64,000 bases of DNA from Chiloscyllium plagiosum (Eukaryota): contig NC_057711.1 in the NCBI RefSeq assembly GCF_004010195.1, forward strand, positions 75,519,163 through 75,583,162, read 5' to 3'. The notes under the pieces are model-generated. The model made no database searches, had not been told where the DNA came from, and worked only from the letters and a program-made list of their open reading frames with translations. Positions within the stretch are counted from its first letter, which is position 1, and the number at the start of each line of letters is the position of its first letter. Positions 52,961-64,000 of this stretch are shown piece by piece. The position numbers and the translations under genes were made by a program.

Positions 52961-54059
52961 TGAAGACTAGATAAGTTGATGTGAACAGGGGAGGACAAAG
53001 TGTGGTGGGCAGGAAGTATGAGTTGTCAGAGGGGCGAGTTGTCATAGGGCTTATAATGGCACATAAGGTTGGTTGGAGGTATAGGGTGACATCAGGCAGT
53101 AAAGGACTATGGATAGATGGGTATAAACTGGCACAGGTTACAAAGGATAATGGGTGATGGGTAAATGAGCCAAGGGTAGCATAGACAGTATGAAAGCTGT
53201 GGATATGGATAGAGAGGTATTTGATAGTATGGATGGAGTAAGGGGCATATGCAAGTTGAGAGGGAATAAGCAGAAGAGAATCTTTTAATTTTATTTTCAA
53301 ACTTTGATCACAGTGCTGGAGCTTCAGACAGACTTTCCAACCAGCCTGACTTGGAAAGTGCAGCTTTCTAGGCTCTTGCTAGATCACCCAGGCCATCTGC
53401 CAAACCAGCCCAATTATGGACTGAAAATCTTAAGTGCGGGTGGCCATTTTGAAAGATAAGGTTCCTGAAGACAGATTTCTCCCACGCAAAATGGTCATCC
53501 ATGTCTTTGTCAAAACTTTCGGTGTCTGCTTTATGTGCTTCAGTATCAATCTTGCTCTATAATTCTCTAGTCAAGTGTCTTCAGATGTTTTATTATGCAA
53601 ATGGAGAATGTAATATGATTACTTTTAATGCTCTTCAGCCTTTTAAAATTCCACATGGAATTTTCAGTGTTACGTGTGCTTACACCGAGTAAAATTTTAA
53701 TTAACTACAATAGCTCTAATTGATGCACTAACTGACAACAGTCAGCCCTCGGTCCCATTTTTCAGTAAAAAAATGTTGGTGACCAATTCCAAATGGAAAT
53801 GATTTGTTAGAGTTTACACAGTCTTTACACACCTGCACACTGAAGTACACCTTTATCAACTGTGGAATATGAAAAACTCAAGAACCATAAATGACCATTT
53901 CTTTGATCTAATTGGACCTTATTTTACACACATTTAGATAGGATGAAAAAGAAGGCATATGGCATTCTCACCTTTATTGGTTGGGGAACTGAGGACAAGA
54001 GTCAGGACTCTAAGTGTGATCTTACCAAAGTCTGATAAAGAATTAGGGAAACTAATTCC

Positions 54060-54260
54060 ATTCCCCTACACCTAACACTACAGGTAATTTAGCATGGCCA
54101 ATTCACCTAACCTGCATATTTTTGGATTGGGGGAGGAAGCCAGAGCAAACCCACACAGACACAAGGAGAAAGAGCAAACTCCACACAGAGAGTCGCCTGA
54201 GGCGGGAATTGAACCAGGGTCTCTGGCACTGTGAGGCAGCAGTGCTAATCACTATGCCAC
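54060..54260 (-). mobile_element. HE1-type V-SINE (5' part)
   Basis: Reverse-complement head and V domain. Confidence 0.8.
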
Positions 54261-54485
54261 AACAAACATGTACTCTTCAACATGTCAGTAGGTCCCTTGA
54301 CCGGCAAAGCAGCACTTTTCTGTTCTAGCTGTATCATGGGATTTGAAATAATTTAGCCCATATTAATTATTTGAGAAAGCTCAACTTTTTCATATGCAGG
54401 TCATTCACAGAGATTGTAAAATTTTCTAAGACAACATTAAAAATTGTTGAGCCAAAAATTTGCAAACACATACAATTTAACTTAC

Positions 54486-54537
54486 GCTTTTTCTTCAGCT
54501 TTAATAACGGATGGGTCAGTCAGATTTTCTCCAACGC
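54486..54537 (-). CDS. TRPM6: TRPM6 alpha-kinase exon, (G)VGENLTDPSVIKAEEK(A)
   Basis: On - strand cctctaaAG|GCGTT...AAAGC|GTaagt; 52 nt; LTDP motif; in frame with both neighbours. Confidence 0.92.
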
Positions 54538-54824
54538 CTTTAGAGGAAATAAAAGACATTTATTGAACTTGTCTACCAAATGATTGTTTAAAACAAGTAA
54601 AAGATAGGATGTAATTTGTAAAAGCATCCCTGCAGAGATAGAATGGGAAAGAAAGATCACAGTTATTTCGTAATTGTTTACTTTCATTCAAAGAATTTGT
54701 GAGGTAGATTTTCATGTCTGTGTTTGCATCATGCTGGAGGCTGTTTGCAGTGCTTTTTATTGGAAAAAGGTTGATCCAACCAGGACCACACAAGTGCCAA
54801 GCAATGATCTCCTCTAATACGAGA

Positions 54825-55516
54825 GAATCCAACTATCTCCCTTCAAAATGAATCCCCCACTACCAACACCTAGGGGTTACCATTGACCAGAAACTGAACT
54901 GGACTACCCATGTAAATATTGTTGCCAAAAAGTGGGCCAGAGGCTGAGAGTAACTCACCCTTGACTCTCCAGAAGTCTGTCCACGATCTCCAAGGTAAAA
55001 GTCAGGAGTGTGATAGAATACTCCCTACTTGCTTAGATGAGTGCAGCTCCAACAACAAGCTTGACGCCATCCTGTACAAAGTAGCCTGATTTACTGATAT
55101 TGCATCTCCAAACAATTACTCCCTCCACCACTGACATTCAGTATTGGGAGTGTGCACCATCTACAAAAACACATTGCAGAAACTCATAAAGGTAGCAATT
55201 TCCAAATCCACAATCACTACCATCTGGAAGGACAAGGTCAGCAGATACATGGGAACACCACCACTTGCAAGTTCCACTTCAAGCCACTCACCATCCTGAG
55301 TTGGAAATCTATCACCACTTCACCATTCTTTCAATGTCACAGGGTCAAAATGTTGGAACTCCTTGCCTAAAAGCAAATCAAGTCTGCCTAGAGTACATGG
55401 ATTGCAGCAGTTCAAGAAAGCAGCTCACCACCAGCTTCCCTGGAACAATTTCGGATGGGCAATTAAGATGCTGGCCCAACCAGTGATACCCCACATCCCA
55501 TGAATGAATAAAAAAA
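54825..55516 (+). mobile_element. LINE 3' end (CR1/L2 clade) with ccacatcccatgaatgaataaaaaaa tail
   Basis: LGVTIDQKLNWTTH and KVKVRSVIEYSLLA remnants; same tail family as 14370-14550 plus 15326-15440. Confidence 0.7.
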
Positions 55517-56471
55517 GTTCCAGTGTGTTGCATTGCAAAATGTAAGTACAGCAAGTGGTTAGGAAGGCAAATGGAATGTTGTCATTTATTGTAAGGGGAA
55601 TGAAATATTACAGTATGGCTGCTTTGTGATTGTTGTGTAAAACTTTGGTTTGACCAAATCTAGAGTAGTGTGTACAGTTTTTGTCCTCTTATTTAGGAAT
55701 GGATGTAAATGCATTACAGGCAGTTCAAGGAAGGTTGACTTGTCTGATATCTAGGATGGGGGATTACCTTGTGAAGAAAGTTTGGACAGGTTGGACTTCT
55801 TTTCATTGAAGTCTAAAAGTGACATTATTGTGACAGGCTAAATACTAAAAGGGTAATACCGTTGTGAGAGAGATTGGAAAAATCAGTGGACTTGGTTTAA
55901 GACTGTAATGAGAAGGATATTTTTCTTTCTGAGGGATATGAGTCATTAGAACAGTCTTTCCCCAGAAAGTGACATTGACTAGTCTTTAAATATTTTTAAG
56001 GCAGAAGTGAATACAGCCTTGACTTTAAGAGAGTCTGCAGAGGGATTTGGGCAGGTTAAGTGAGTAGACAAAAAAATTGACAAATGGAATATAATGCAAA
56101 AAAATGTGAAGGTTATGCCTTTTGGCAGAAAGAACAGATGAGCTGAATATTATTTAAAGAGAAAGATTGCAGCAAGCTAAGAATAAAAGGATTTGAGAAT
56201 CACAAAAAGCTAGCATCCAAGTTCTGCATGTAATAGGGAAGGCAAATGGAATGTTAGCCTTCATTTCAAAGGAAATGAAATATAAAAGTAAGAATGTTCT
56301 GCTAAAACTAGGTTAAATATCACAATGCCAGGTTATAGTCCAACGGGTTAATGTGGAAGCACTAGCTTTCAGAGAATCACTGCTTCATCAGTGCTACAAA
56401 ATAAACCCGGTGGACTATAACCTGGCATTGTGATATTTAACCTAGTTTTAGCAGAACATTCTTACTTTTAT

Positions 56472-56637
56472 ATTTCCTCCCACAGTCCAAAGATGTGCAG
56501 GTTAGGTGAATTGGTCATGCTAAATTGCCCATATAGTTAGGGGGAATGGATCTGGGTGGGTTACTCTTCGGAGGGTCGGTGTGGACTAGTTGGGCCGAAG
56601 GGCCTGTTTCCACACTATATGGAATCTAATCTAATCT
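56472..56637 (+). mobile_element. HE1-type V-SINE 3' half
   Basis: tttcctcccacagtccaaagatgtgcaggttagg...aatctaatctaatct. Confidence 0.8.
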
Positions 56638-57189
56638 CAAAAAAAAAAATTAGGACATTTAATAAAGAAAGAACCCATGGTGTTGGAGTTAGTATATCAG
56701 CTTGGATAGAGGATTATCTATCTATTAGGTGACAGAAGTTGGGACAAGGAATCACAGGGATCATGTTACTTACAATAGATATTAATGATTTTGATGAGGA
56801 TGAAGAAAGTGAATGTACTATAGCCAAGTTTGCAGATGACTTGATAGTGCTTCCACATTAACCCGTTGGACTATAACCTGGCATTGTGATATTTAACCTA
56901 GTTTTAGCAGAACATTCTTACTTTTATATTTCATTTCCTTTGAAATGAAGGCTAACATTCCATTTGCCTTCCCTATTACATGCAGAACTTGGATGCTAGC
57001 TTTTTGTGATTCTCAAATCCTTTTATTCTTAGCTTGCTGCAATCTTTCTCTTTAAATAATATTCAGCTCATCTGTTCTTTCTGGTTAATGGGTTAATGTG
57101 GAAGCACTAGCTTTCAGAGAATCACTGCTTCATCAGTGCTACAAAATAAACCCGGTGGACTATAACCTGGTGTTGTGTGATTTTTAACT

Positions 57190-57410
57190 TTGAGGACTGT
57201 AGATGTTGGAGATCAGAGTCAAGAGTGGGTGCTGGAAAAGCACGGGGGGTAGAGAGATAAATGGGAGGGGATGGGACTGGGGGGAAAGTAGCTGAGAGTG
57301 CGATAGGTAGATGAAGGTAGGGGTTATGGTGAAAGGTCGGAGAGGAGGGTGAAGCGGATCGGTGGGAAGGAAGATGGACAGGGAGGACAAGTCATGAGGG
57401 CAGTGCCGAG
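57190..57410 (-). mobile_element. PLE family 1 fragment
   Basis: gaggactgtagatgttggagatcagagtc... plus a G-rich segment complementary to the C-rich PLE 3' region. Confidence 0.65.
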
Positions 57411-59059
57411 AAGGTATAGAGGAACTGACATATGAGAAATGGTTCAGTAGATTGGGCCTTAGAATATAAAAGAATAAGAGACAATCTTTACTGAAACACT
57501 CAGAATTCTTCGAGGACTTGACAAAATAGATACAGCAAAGCTGTTTACCCATGTGGGAGAGTCTAAGACCAGAGGATATCATTTCAGAATAAGGGGTCAC
57601 ACATTTAAGACACAGATGAGGAATTTCTTCCATCAGAAAGTTGTGAATCTGTGGAGTTATTTACCACAGAGGGCTGTTGAGGCTGTGTCATTAAATATTT
57701 TGAAGGCTGTGATAGACTGATTTTCTGATCAGTAAGGGAACAAGGGTTGGGGAAAAGGCAGAAAAATGGTGTTGAGGACTATCTGGTCATCGAAGATCTC
57801 AAATCATGGCCTCCTTGTATTCCTTTGCTATATGTTCTGATGGTTATCAGGGCTAAGTGGAAATGTGCAGTTGACGCCATAACCAGGTGCCATGGTCCTG
57901 TTGAATGGGGCCAAAATTCCAGTTTCATGCTTCTAATTCTCACATCATAACTAATTATAATAACATCATGATCACAGAGAAATTGAGATTAATAGTGGGA
58001 AGCAGCTGTCAAATTTAAAAGGCAGAGGCAACTTAAATGGACATTATCAGATAAATGTAAACATTCTAGGTATCTATTTCAGATTTTCCAAAGATTTAAG
58101 GCATAACATGTAGCATGAAGTAGGTGCATTTGCTAGTCTGGGACAATCACAGCAAAACATGCCAACTCAATCCATACTTAGCAAGAAGAGGCAAACAAAT
58201 TGAAGAATACATGAACTATTTGCAAGATCCTTCAACCCAGTAGAAAGGAAGACTAGGCAAATGTTAAAGGGAAAGTCAACTGGCTGCTATCTTTTCCCAC
58301 TAGAAGGGGATGGTTAAAGTTGATCCAAAATGTTAATTTTTTCATTTTGTAACATTCTGAATTCAGGCTATATTTTAAAAAATAATAAATACATAAATTT
58401 CCAGTTGCATTATATATTTATTTATAATCTAGATGTACAAGAAGAATTTAGACTGAACTGAGGGACTTGACACTTGCTGGTCAGTGATTGCAATCAAAGC
58501 ACTGAACTGCACTTAGATTCAATTTAGTGAGACACATTCTGAACCCAGTAACATGGATAAGAGTAAGGACCAACAGGATTCTGGAGTGCAATTCATTCAA
58601 CGTGAAAGGCAGAACGTTTCCATCAGCAGCAGATATGTCCTAGTTTCACACACAATTTGCCAAACAGTGATCCATATGCATCATAGACATTTGGGGCCAG
58701 AGATTAATGTATCCAGTGCAGAAATATGCAATCCCTTCTTATTATTTCTGAAATTTCAATAATCTTTGTCATGGCTCAGCACCCCATCCTCCTTCACTGT
58801 GTCTCCTTAAATGTTCAGCTTATTCATACAAGAGTGAAACTACTCTTGTATGATTCCTCTCTTATCTATCCACTCAGAGGTAATGAATCTCCAGAAATGT
58901 TTTCTGTTTTTACTCCCTCACCATTACCTCTGGACTCTCTGAAAGATCTATCCATGGCCTGCTCCTATACTTCACCAGTTGAGTCAACTAGCACAGCCAG
59001 GATTAACGTTTTAATGCTCGCAAACTGCATGAATCCATGTAAGATACTGTTAACTCATT

Positions 59060-59435
59060 TTTTAGATTAGAATCAGTCTAAATATTATGGCACAGACAGC
59101 AGCACACAGGGGGCTAACACCTTTAACACAGTATCTGGGCTGACACCAATTGTTAAAGTTAACCTTAGAATGTAACTTTTAAGAAAAGTTTTGCAATTTA
59201 CATATGAAAGAAGTGAAACTAACATGAACATTCTAACAGATGACAGACTTAACAAACAATCAAGGTATTTTTCAATGTATAATTTCAGTTACCTCACACT
59301 GTAAACCTTTGCTATAAATTCTGTGTCTTACAATTGTGTAGTCCACAACCACCTGATGAAGGAGCAGTGCTCCGAAAGCTAGTGCTTCCAATTAAATCTG
59401 TTGGACTATAACCTGGTGTTGTGTGGCTTTTAACC
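59060..59435 (+). mobile_element. PLE family 2, 3' portion
   Basis: Reverse-complement similarity to 14580-14920; intact hammerhead. Confidence 0.75.
59350..59384 (+). ncRNA. Minimal hammerhead ribozyme (PLE family 2)
   Basis: cac-CTGATGA-a-ggagc[agt]gctcc-GAAA-gc-TA-gtg. Confidence 0.78.
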
Positions 59436-59496
59436 CTGTCAATTTAGGTCAGTTTCCACATTGCCTGCTCAGTTGAGCAAGTTAAAATTGTTATTT

Positions 59497-59815
59497 GTTG
59501 AATCCGTACAGTGTGCAAAGAGGACATTTGTCCCACCAAGTCCATACTGACCCTCTGAAGAGCATCTCACCCAAATCTAGACCCAGCCCCCACCCAGCCT
59601 GCACATTCCTAGTCACTACAGATAATTTAGCATGGCCAATCTACCTAACCTGCACATGTCTGGATTATGGGAGAAAACTGAAGCATCCGGTGGAAACCCA
59701 TGCAGACGCAGGGATGATGTACAAATGCACAGACAGTGACCCAAGACTGGAATTGAACCTGGGTCGCTGGTGCTGTGAGGCAGCAGTGCTAACCACTGAG
59801 CCACTGCACTGCCCT
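59497..59815 (-). mobile_element. HE1-type V-SINE
   Basis: Reverse complement of the family pattern; accounts for the first half of ORF 59495-60085. Confidence 0.85.
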
Positions 59816-59956
59816 GTAGTTGGTCAGCTCTGGGGTGGTAAGTGGCCTAGTAGTTTTTGCTCAACCCTGGAGGATACAAATATACAAGAGAAAACCTTCC
59901 ATAAAATACAGAAAGACACAAGCCGTTGTAATTTTGTTCAAACACCCCACACTAAC

Positions 59957-60162
59957 CTTGCAAGTCCAGCACTAGTAGTTCCCCTCGTGTGTATTCATAC
60001 GACCAGTGAGAAAAAGCTAACATGGTCTCCTCCAGCAGATTTGTCGGAATTAACTCATCTCCATTGTTGTTGTTGTACTTTCTGAACTGACCATTCATGT
60101 ACTTTTCCATTGTCAACCACTGATTAGCAGAATGGCAATAAACCAGGAAAACTTCCAAAAAC
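59957..60162 (-). CDS. TRPM6: TRPM6 alpha-kinase exon, (R)[68 protein letters not shown](G)
   Basis: 206 nt; donor G|GTtagt; acceptor ttatgAG|G; alpha-kinase motifs [14 protein letters not shown] and [15 protein letters not shown] is TRPM6-like (TRPM7 has HSAGQWFAVEEC), and the gene is syntenic with RORB. Confidence 0.93.
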
Positions 60163-63100
60163 CTCATAAAAGAAAGGAGTGACATTTTTAGTTTATTAAA
60201 GTAAATCCTTTGCCTTTTCTCAAGGCGTCATTTCACAGATCTCCTGATAGTTGGGCCCTGCCTCATGTCCTATTGAGCCATAAAGGCCTCGATGAGCCTG
60301 GGAATAATGCCCATTTTTGATAAATTAGCTGATCTCAGATTAGATGTCAATAAGAGCCTAACAGTTGGCCTCAGCTTTACTCAGCTACTGAGGTGAAAAA
60401 AAGCAGGGTAGGATTTCCATTCTGTGGCACAAAGGACAGATGCTATGCTAAAGTGTCAAAAGTCTGAATCCTGCCTACAACTGGGTTAATGAAAGCAAGG
60501 CAGAATGCTGGTTACCAATCTACCACCAAGAGGCAGGTAGACAACTTAAATACAAGACAGCTGGATATCCCTTGATTCATGAAGTTGAACCTAGGTGAAG
60601 GACTGTTGGATCAAGAGATATTTGTCTTTCTAGTTACCTGTTCAATTCAGTGTGCTTGTTTTAACAAACCCATAATTAGGTACCATTTCCCCTCAAACCC
60701 GTTCTAATCAACCACCATCCCACACTCCTGTTCCCACCCCCATTCTACAATGCCTTGATCTGTTCCCACAGCTTTCTGATCTGCCATGACAACCAATGGC
60801 TCTGAATTCTTCTACGCCCCACCTACGGCCACCGACCTTCCCTATTCCCCAAGAACCTGATCTCCCCACCAGGCATCCTACTGTCTCCCATCCCCAACCC
60901 TAAGGCTTCCAATCTCCCACACTTCACACCAGGCATTTGATCTTTTCCCGTCATAGGCCTCTGACCTCCCCTAAGGGCTTTGACCTACACCCTAGCACCC
61001 TCCGATCCTTCAGGCCACCATAATCTCCACCACCCCCAACTCATTTTATGACAATCTTCCTGAAACTATTCCACACATCCAGAAGTGGACTCTCCCCATC
61101 CCTTGGGAGCTCAGGATTGGCAGTGGAATCACATACAGATGAAGTGAATACTCCACAGTATGCGATGTGTTCGAACTGAAGTCTTTGCCACACTTTAAGG
61201 TACCCACTGCTTCTTGTGGGTCAAGAAAGTTATAATTTCTTCTCTTAGCTTTACCAAATGATCAATACTCTATGGAAGTTATTCAAGAACAAATATGACA
61301 GTCCTGAATTGACCGATGAAGGCTCAATATGTTTCAACACGAGTTATTTCAGGAAGATCAGTCAGTACTTATTTACTAATAAAGCTTAGGGCTTACAAGT
61401 AAGTCTGTAACCTTTATAGCCCAAACCCTCCAGCATATCTGTGCCTCTTGAGGTGCTCACTAAACTGCTGCTCCGGTCATACAGTCTGGATTCTTCTTGT
61501 GAAACATCTCCACCTCTCTTCTCTCCTTGAAGATGTTCCTTCAAATTAATCTTTAAAGACTGGTTGAATACCATCTCAAGTGGTTTGGTATCAGTCATTA
61601 TCCTCTCTGCATCCCAATGCAATGGATCCAATTCTCACATTTGATTTTCCCACTTTCCTCTCCCAACCTCCCCTAATAACCCCCCTTAAGGTTTATTGCC
61701 CAAGACTCCAAAGCTGTGTAGTGCTAATTCTGGCCGAACCCCTTGACTCAGTTTGGACAATGCTCTTGACTAAATGTGGTGGCATTCCTCAAATGACCAC
61801 AGACTCCTTTCACTCAATTAAGAAGGACTTTCAGATGTGGCCATTTGCTTAGTCTTGGAAACTGCTGGCACTTGCTGTAAGTGTGACATTGATGTAGTTT
61901 GGTGCCATAGGGGGAATATCCACCCGTTGACTGTTCAGTGCGGAAATGCATGACAAGCTACCTGACGTTTTATCTGTGCTAAAAGGCAGGCTGAAATGCT
62001 GTCTGTCCAAGTAAACACAAAGTACATGAATGTAAGAAAGCAAATTGTAGCCTATACAGACAGACAACATGGATGAGTGCCTTTGGTGCAAAATGAACTG
62101 GTAGGAACGTTGCAGTGTAAGGTGTTGGTGAATTCCAAAGCTGATTGCTGAAGTGGTTTTAAAAGTAGTCCAAGATTGGCTATGATGATGCTGTGGATAG
62201 AGAAACAAAGACAGTCACTGCCCATGACACATGCCCTCAAATGTCTGTGGATGATGGCTGACATGGACACCCAGAAAAGATACCAGAGAGCTGCAGCCAA
62301 TAGGTAACCACTCAGGCTTTCAGATTGGGAACTGACACCAGCTAGTTTCTCACCGGTATCTGGGAGAATTGCAAAATACAAATAAACTGGGTGAGATTAA
62401 CTAACAATGAGATGGAGAAAGTGAGGACTACATAATACTGAGATGCAAATTCATAGAAATCAGGTCCTCACTGCTTACCAGCAAGTTTCTCACCAAAATG
62501 ACAATACCTTAAGGGAAAACTTTTTTTCTCAATGTCAAGAATCTCATTTTAATATTGTTGCCACATTCTCTCATATTTCTTGTTTTTTTCCAACCGCCCA
62601 AATGCTGGGAAAAGTCCGCCATATGAATATGACACTGTGCATTCCCCAAATAAGATTCAATCCGAAAATCTATCAATAAATTCCTGAGTGTTTTGTGCTG
62701 TGAGCACAAAGATGTGTTTTTAACTGAAAAGTGTAACTATTTTAATGTCTAGCATAAAATTTATGAAGAATATTTGAACTACCTTTGCTACTGTGTCACA
62801 AACTGAGATATAATGGAAAAACTGTGATATGAGAAGCAGTTGGTCAAAACATAAGATACTTTGCAATTCCCATTGAAATATAAAATCAGACAATGAAAAT
62901 CTTCATTTGAAATTAGCTACCGGCTCACATTTTACACAAATGTTATTTAACAGCATATTCTTTTCTGCACTGTGCCATTTCACAATATTGCCATTTTGTT
63001 GTTTTATTGGTGGGTTGGTAAGTTAGCCAATGTATTCTCCTTACTACAAGAGGAATTTTGTTATCCTGGTTATAGCAGCAATCATTTTATGTTGGAATTC

Positions 63101-63359
63101 CTACCACTGTGAATTGTTATTTCTATTTGCATCTTGCAATGTGGGGACAATTCAAGAGCACCAAATGCAACAGCAAAACAATGTTAGTTTCTTTAAACAG
63201 GTGGAGTTTTATTTTCTGACTTACTGATCAGTCAAAACTAGGGCAGAAGTGCACCAAAATGACTGAATGACTTAGGCACGCTGTCACTCCTAGCAGCCAT
63301 ATATTTCAGAATCCACTTTGGTGAGAATAGCCACTGTCGAGATATTAGGTAGCATTTAA

Positions 63360-63620
63360 AGTAACAACCTGCATTTATAAAGTGCCTTTCATGACCTCAG
63401 GGCGTTCCAAAGAACGCCATTGGTATCGATGCATAGTTGGACACACAGCAGCCATTTTGTGCAGCCCCATTAATAGCACTAAAATAAATGAGCTCTTAAT
63501 CTGCTTTTAAGGATGCTGCTGAAAGCTCCCGTGCTCTCTTTCAAATGATAGCGGTATCTTTTACATGTAAAAGACAGCATACCTTCAGTACAGCACCAGG
63601 GTATTGTGCCTTGATTTATG
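63360..63620 (-). mobile_element. Deu-domain SINE remnant
   Basis: tgcatttataaagtgcctttcatgacctcagg tail and gcagccattttgtgc. Confidence 0.55.
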
Positions 63621-63924
63621 CTCACTAGTTTCTTGCATGAGATTTTTAACTACCAGACTTGACATTGTTGAATGATGGTTGAGAAATGAGGCTGAATTTT
63701 CTCAATCTCTGAATGATGTGAGAATGATTCCACAATTAGGAAAATATGATGAGAATAAAAACAATGAGATTCTCAATGCTGAGAAAAATAAGTCAGATTT
63801 TCCACATAGATTTTAACAGCAAGATAAAAAAAAACTTGTGAGTGAATAGTGAGGGCGGTTTTGGATGTACTAAATCTCATTATTACCTAGTTTTGCCCTA
63901 TTTATTTGCAAGCTGCTACTTTTT

Positions 63925-64000
63925 TAGTCAAGAGTGTGGTGCTGGGAAAGTACAGGAGGTCAGGCAGCATGTGAGGAGCAGGAGAGTCAATGTTTCAGGC
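63925..64000 (-). mobile_element. PLE family 1 fragment, truncated by the window edge
   Basis: gtggtgctgggaaagtacaggaggtcaggcagcat... similar to other family 1 ends. Confidence 0.65.

Larger units (their letters stand above)
55540..57770 (+). mobile_element. Patchwork of CR1 RT fragments with nested SINE/PLE and local duplications
   Basis: KANGML-FI and KFADD remnants; see the finding on 56126-57170. Confidence 0.65.

Noticed and set aside
59441-59451. RORE-like AATTTAGGTCA in a TRPM6 intron
   Set aside because: A degenerate 11-mer is expected about once by chance in a window of this size; it sits between two repeats and has no other support.
59495-60085. 196-aa plus-strand ORF
   Set aside because: Made of an antisense V-SINE plus the antisense of the TRPM6 exon; no protein-like signal.
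60163-64000. Searched for the preceding TRPM6 exon (EIQQQRAAQKL...PR)
   Set aside because: Not found by eye; probably lies beyond the window end.

Overview
Vertebrate genomic DNA, almost certainly from a shark. The repeats are elasmobranch-type: HE1/V-SINE, Deu-domain SINE, HER1/CR1 LINE and Penelope-like families. The window holds the 3' ends of two convergent genes. On +, the last six coding exons of the nuclear receptor RORB (ligand-binding domain, 11647-28506) are followed by a probable ~7 kb 3'UTR. On -, the last four coding exons of the channel-kinase TRPM6 (alpha-kinase C-terminal part, 60162-50504) are present. RORB and TRPM6 are also tail-to-tail neighbours in tetrapods. All ten exons splice in frame. 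The rest is intronic or intergenic DNA rich in CR1/HER1 LINE fragments, SINEs, DNA-transposon relics and Penelope-like elements (PLEs), plus one N gap. Most notable observations: (i) two PLE families carrying minimal hammerhead ribozymes, six with intact cores; (ii) several fold-back PLE mini-insertions with 12-17 bp target-site duplications, one of which encloses an exact 265-bp copy of unique DNA from ~0.8 kb downstream; (iii) a complex inverted/direct duplication centred on a PLE palindrome; (iv) splice and translation oddities: a regenerated 5' splice site at a RORB exon junction, a GAG acceptor in TRPM6, a leaky-type UGA-CGG stop in RORB, and a PDZ-type C-terminus in TRPM6. The exact duplications could be assembly artefacts and need raw-read checks. 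Exon and ribozyme coordinates were counted base by base; repeat boundaries are approximate.
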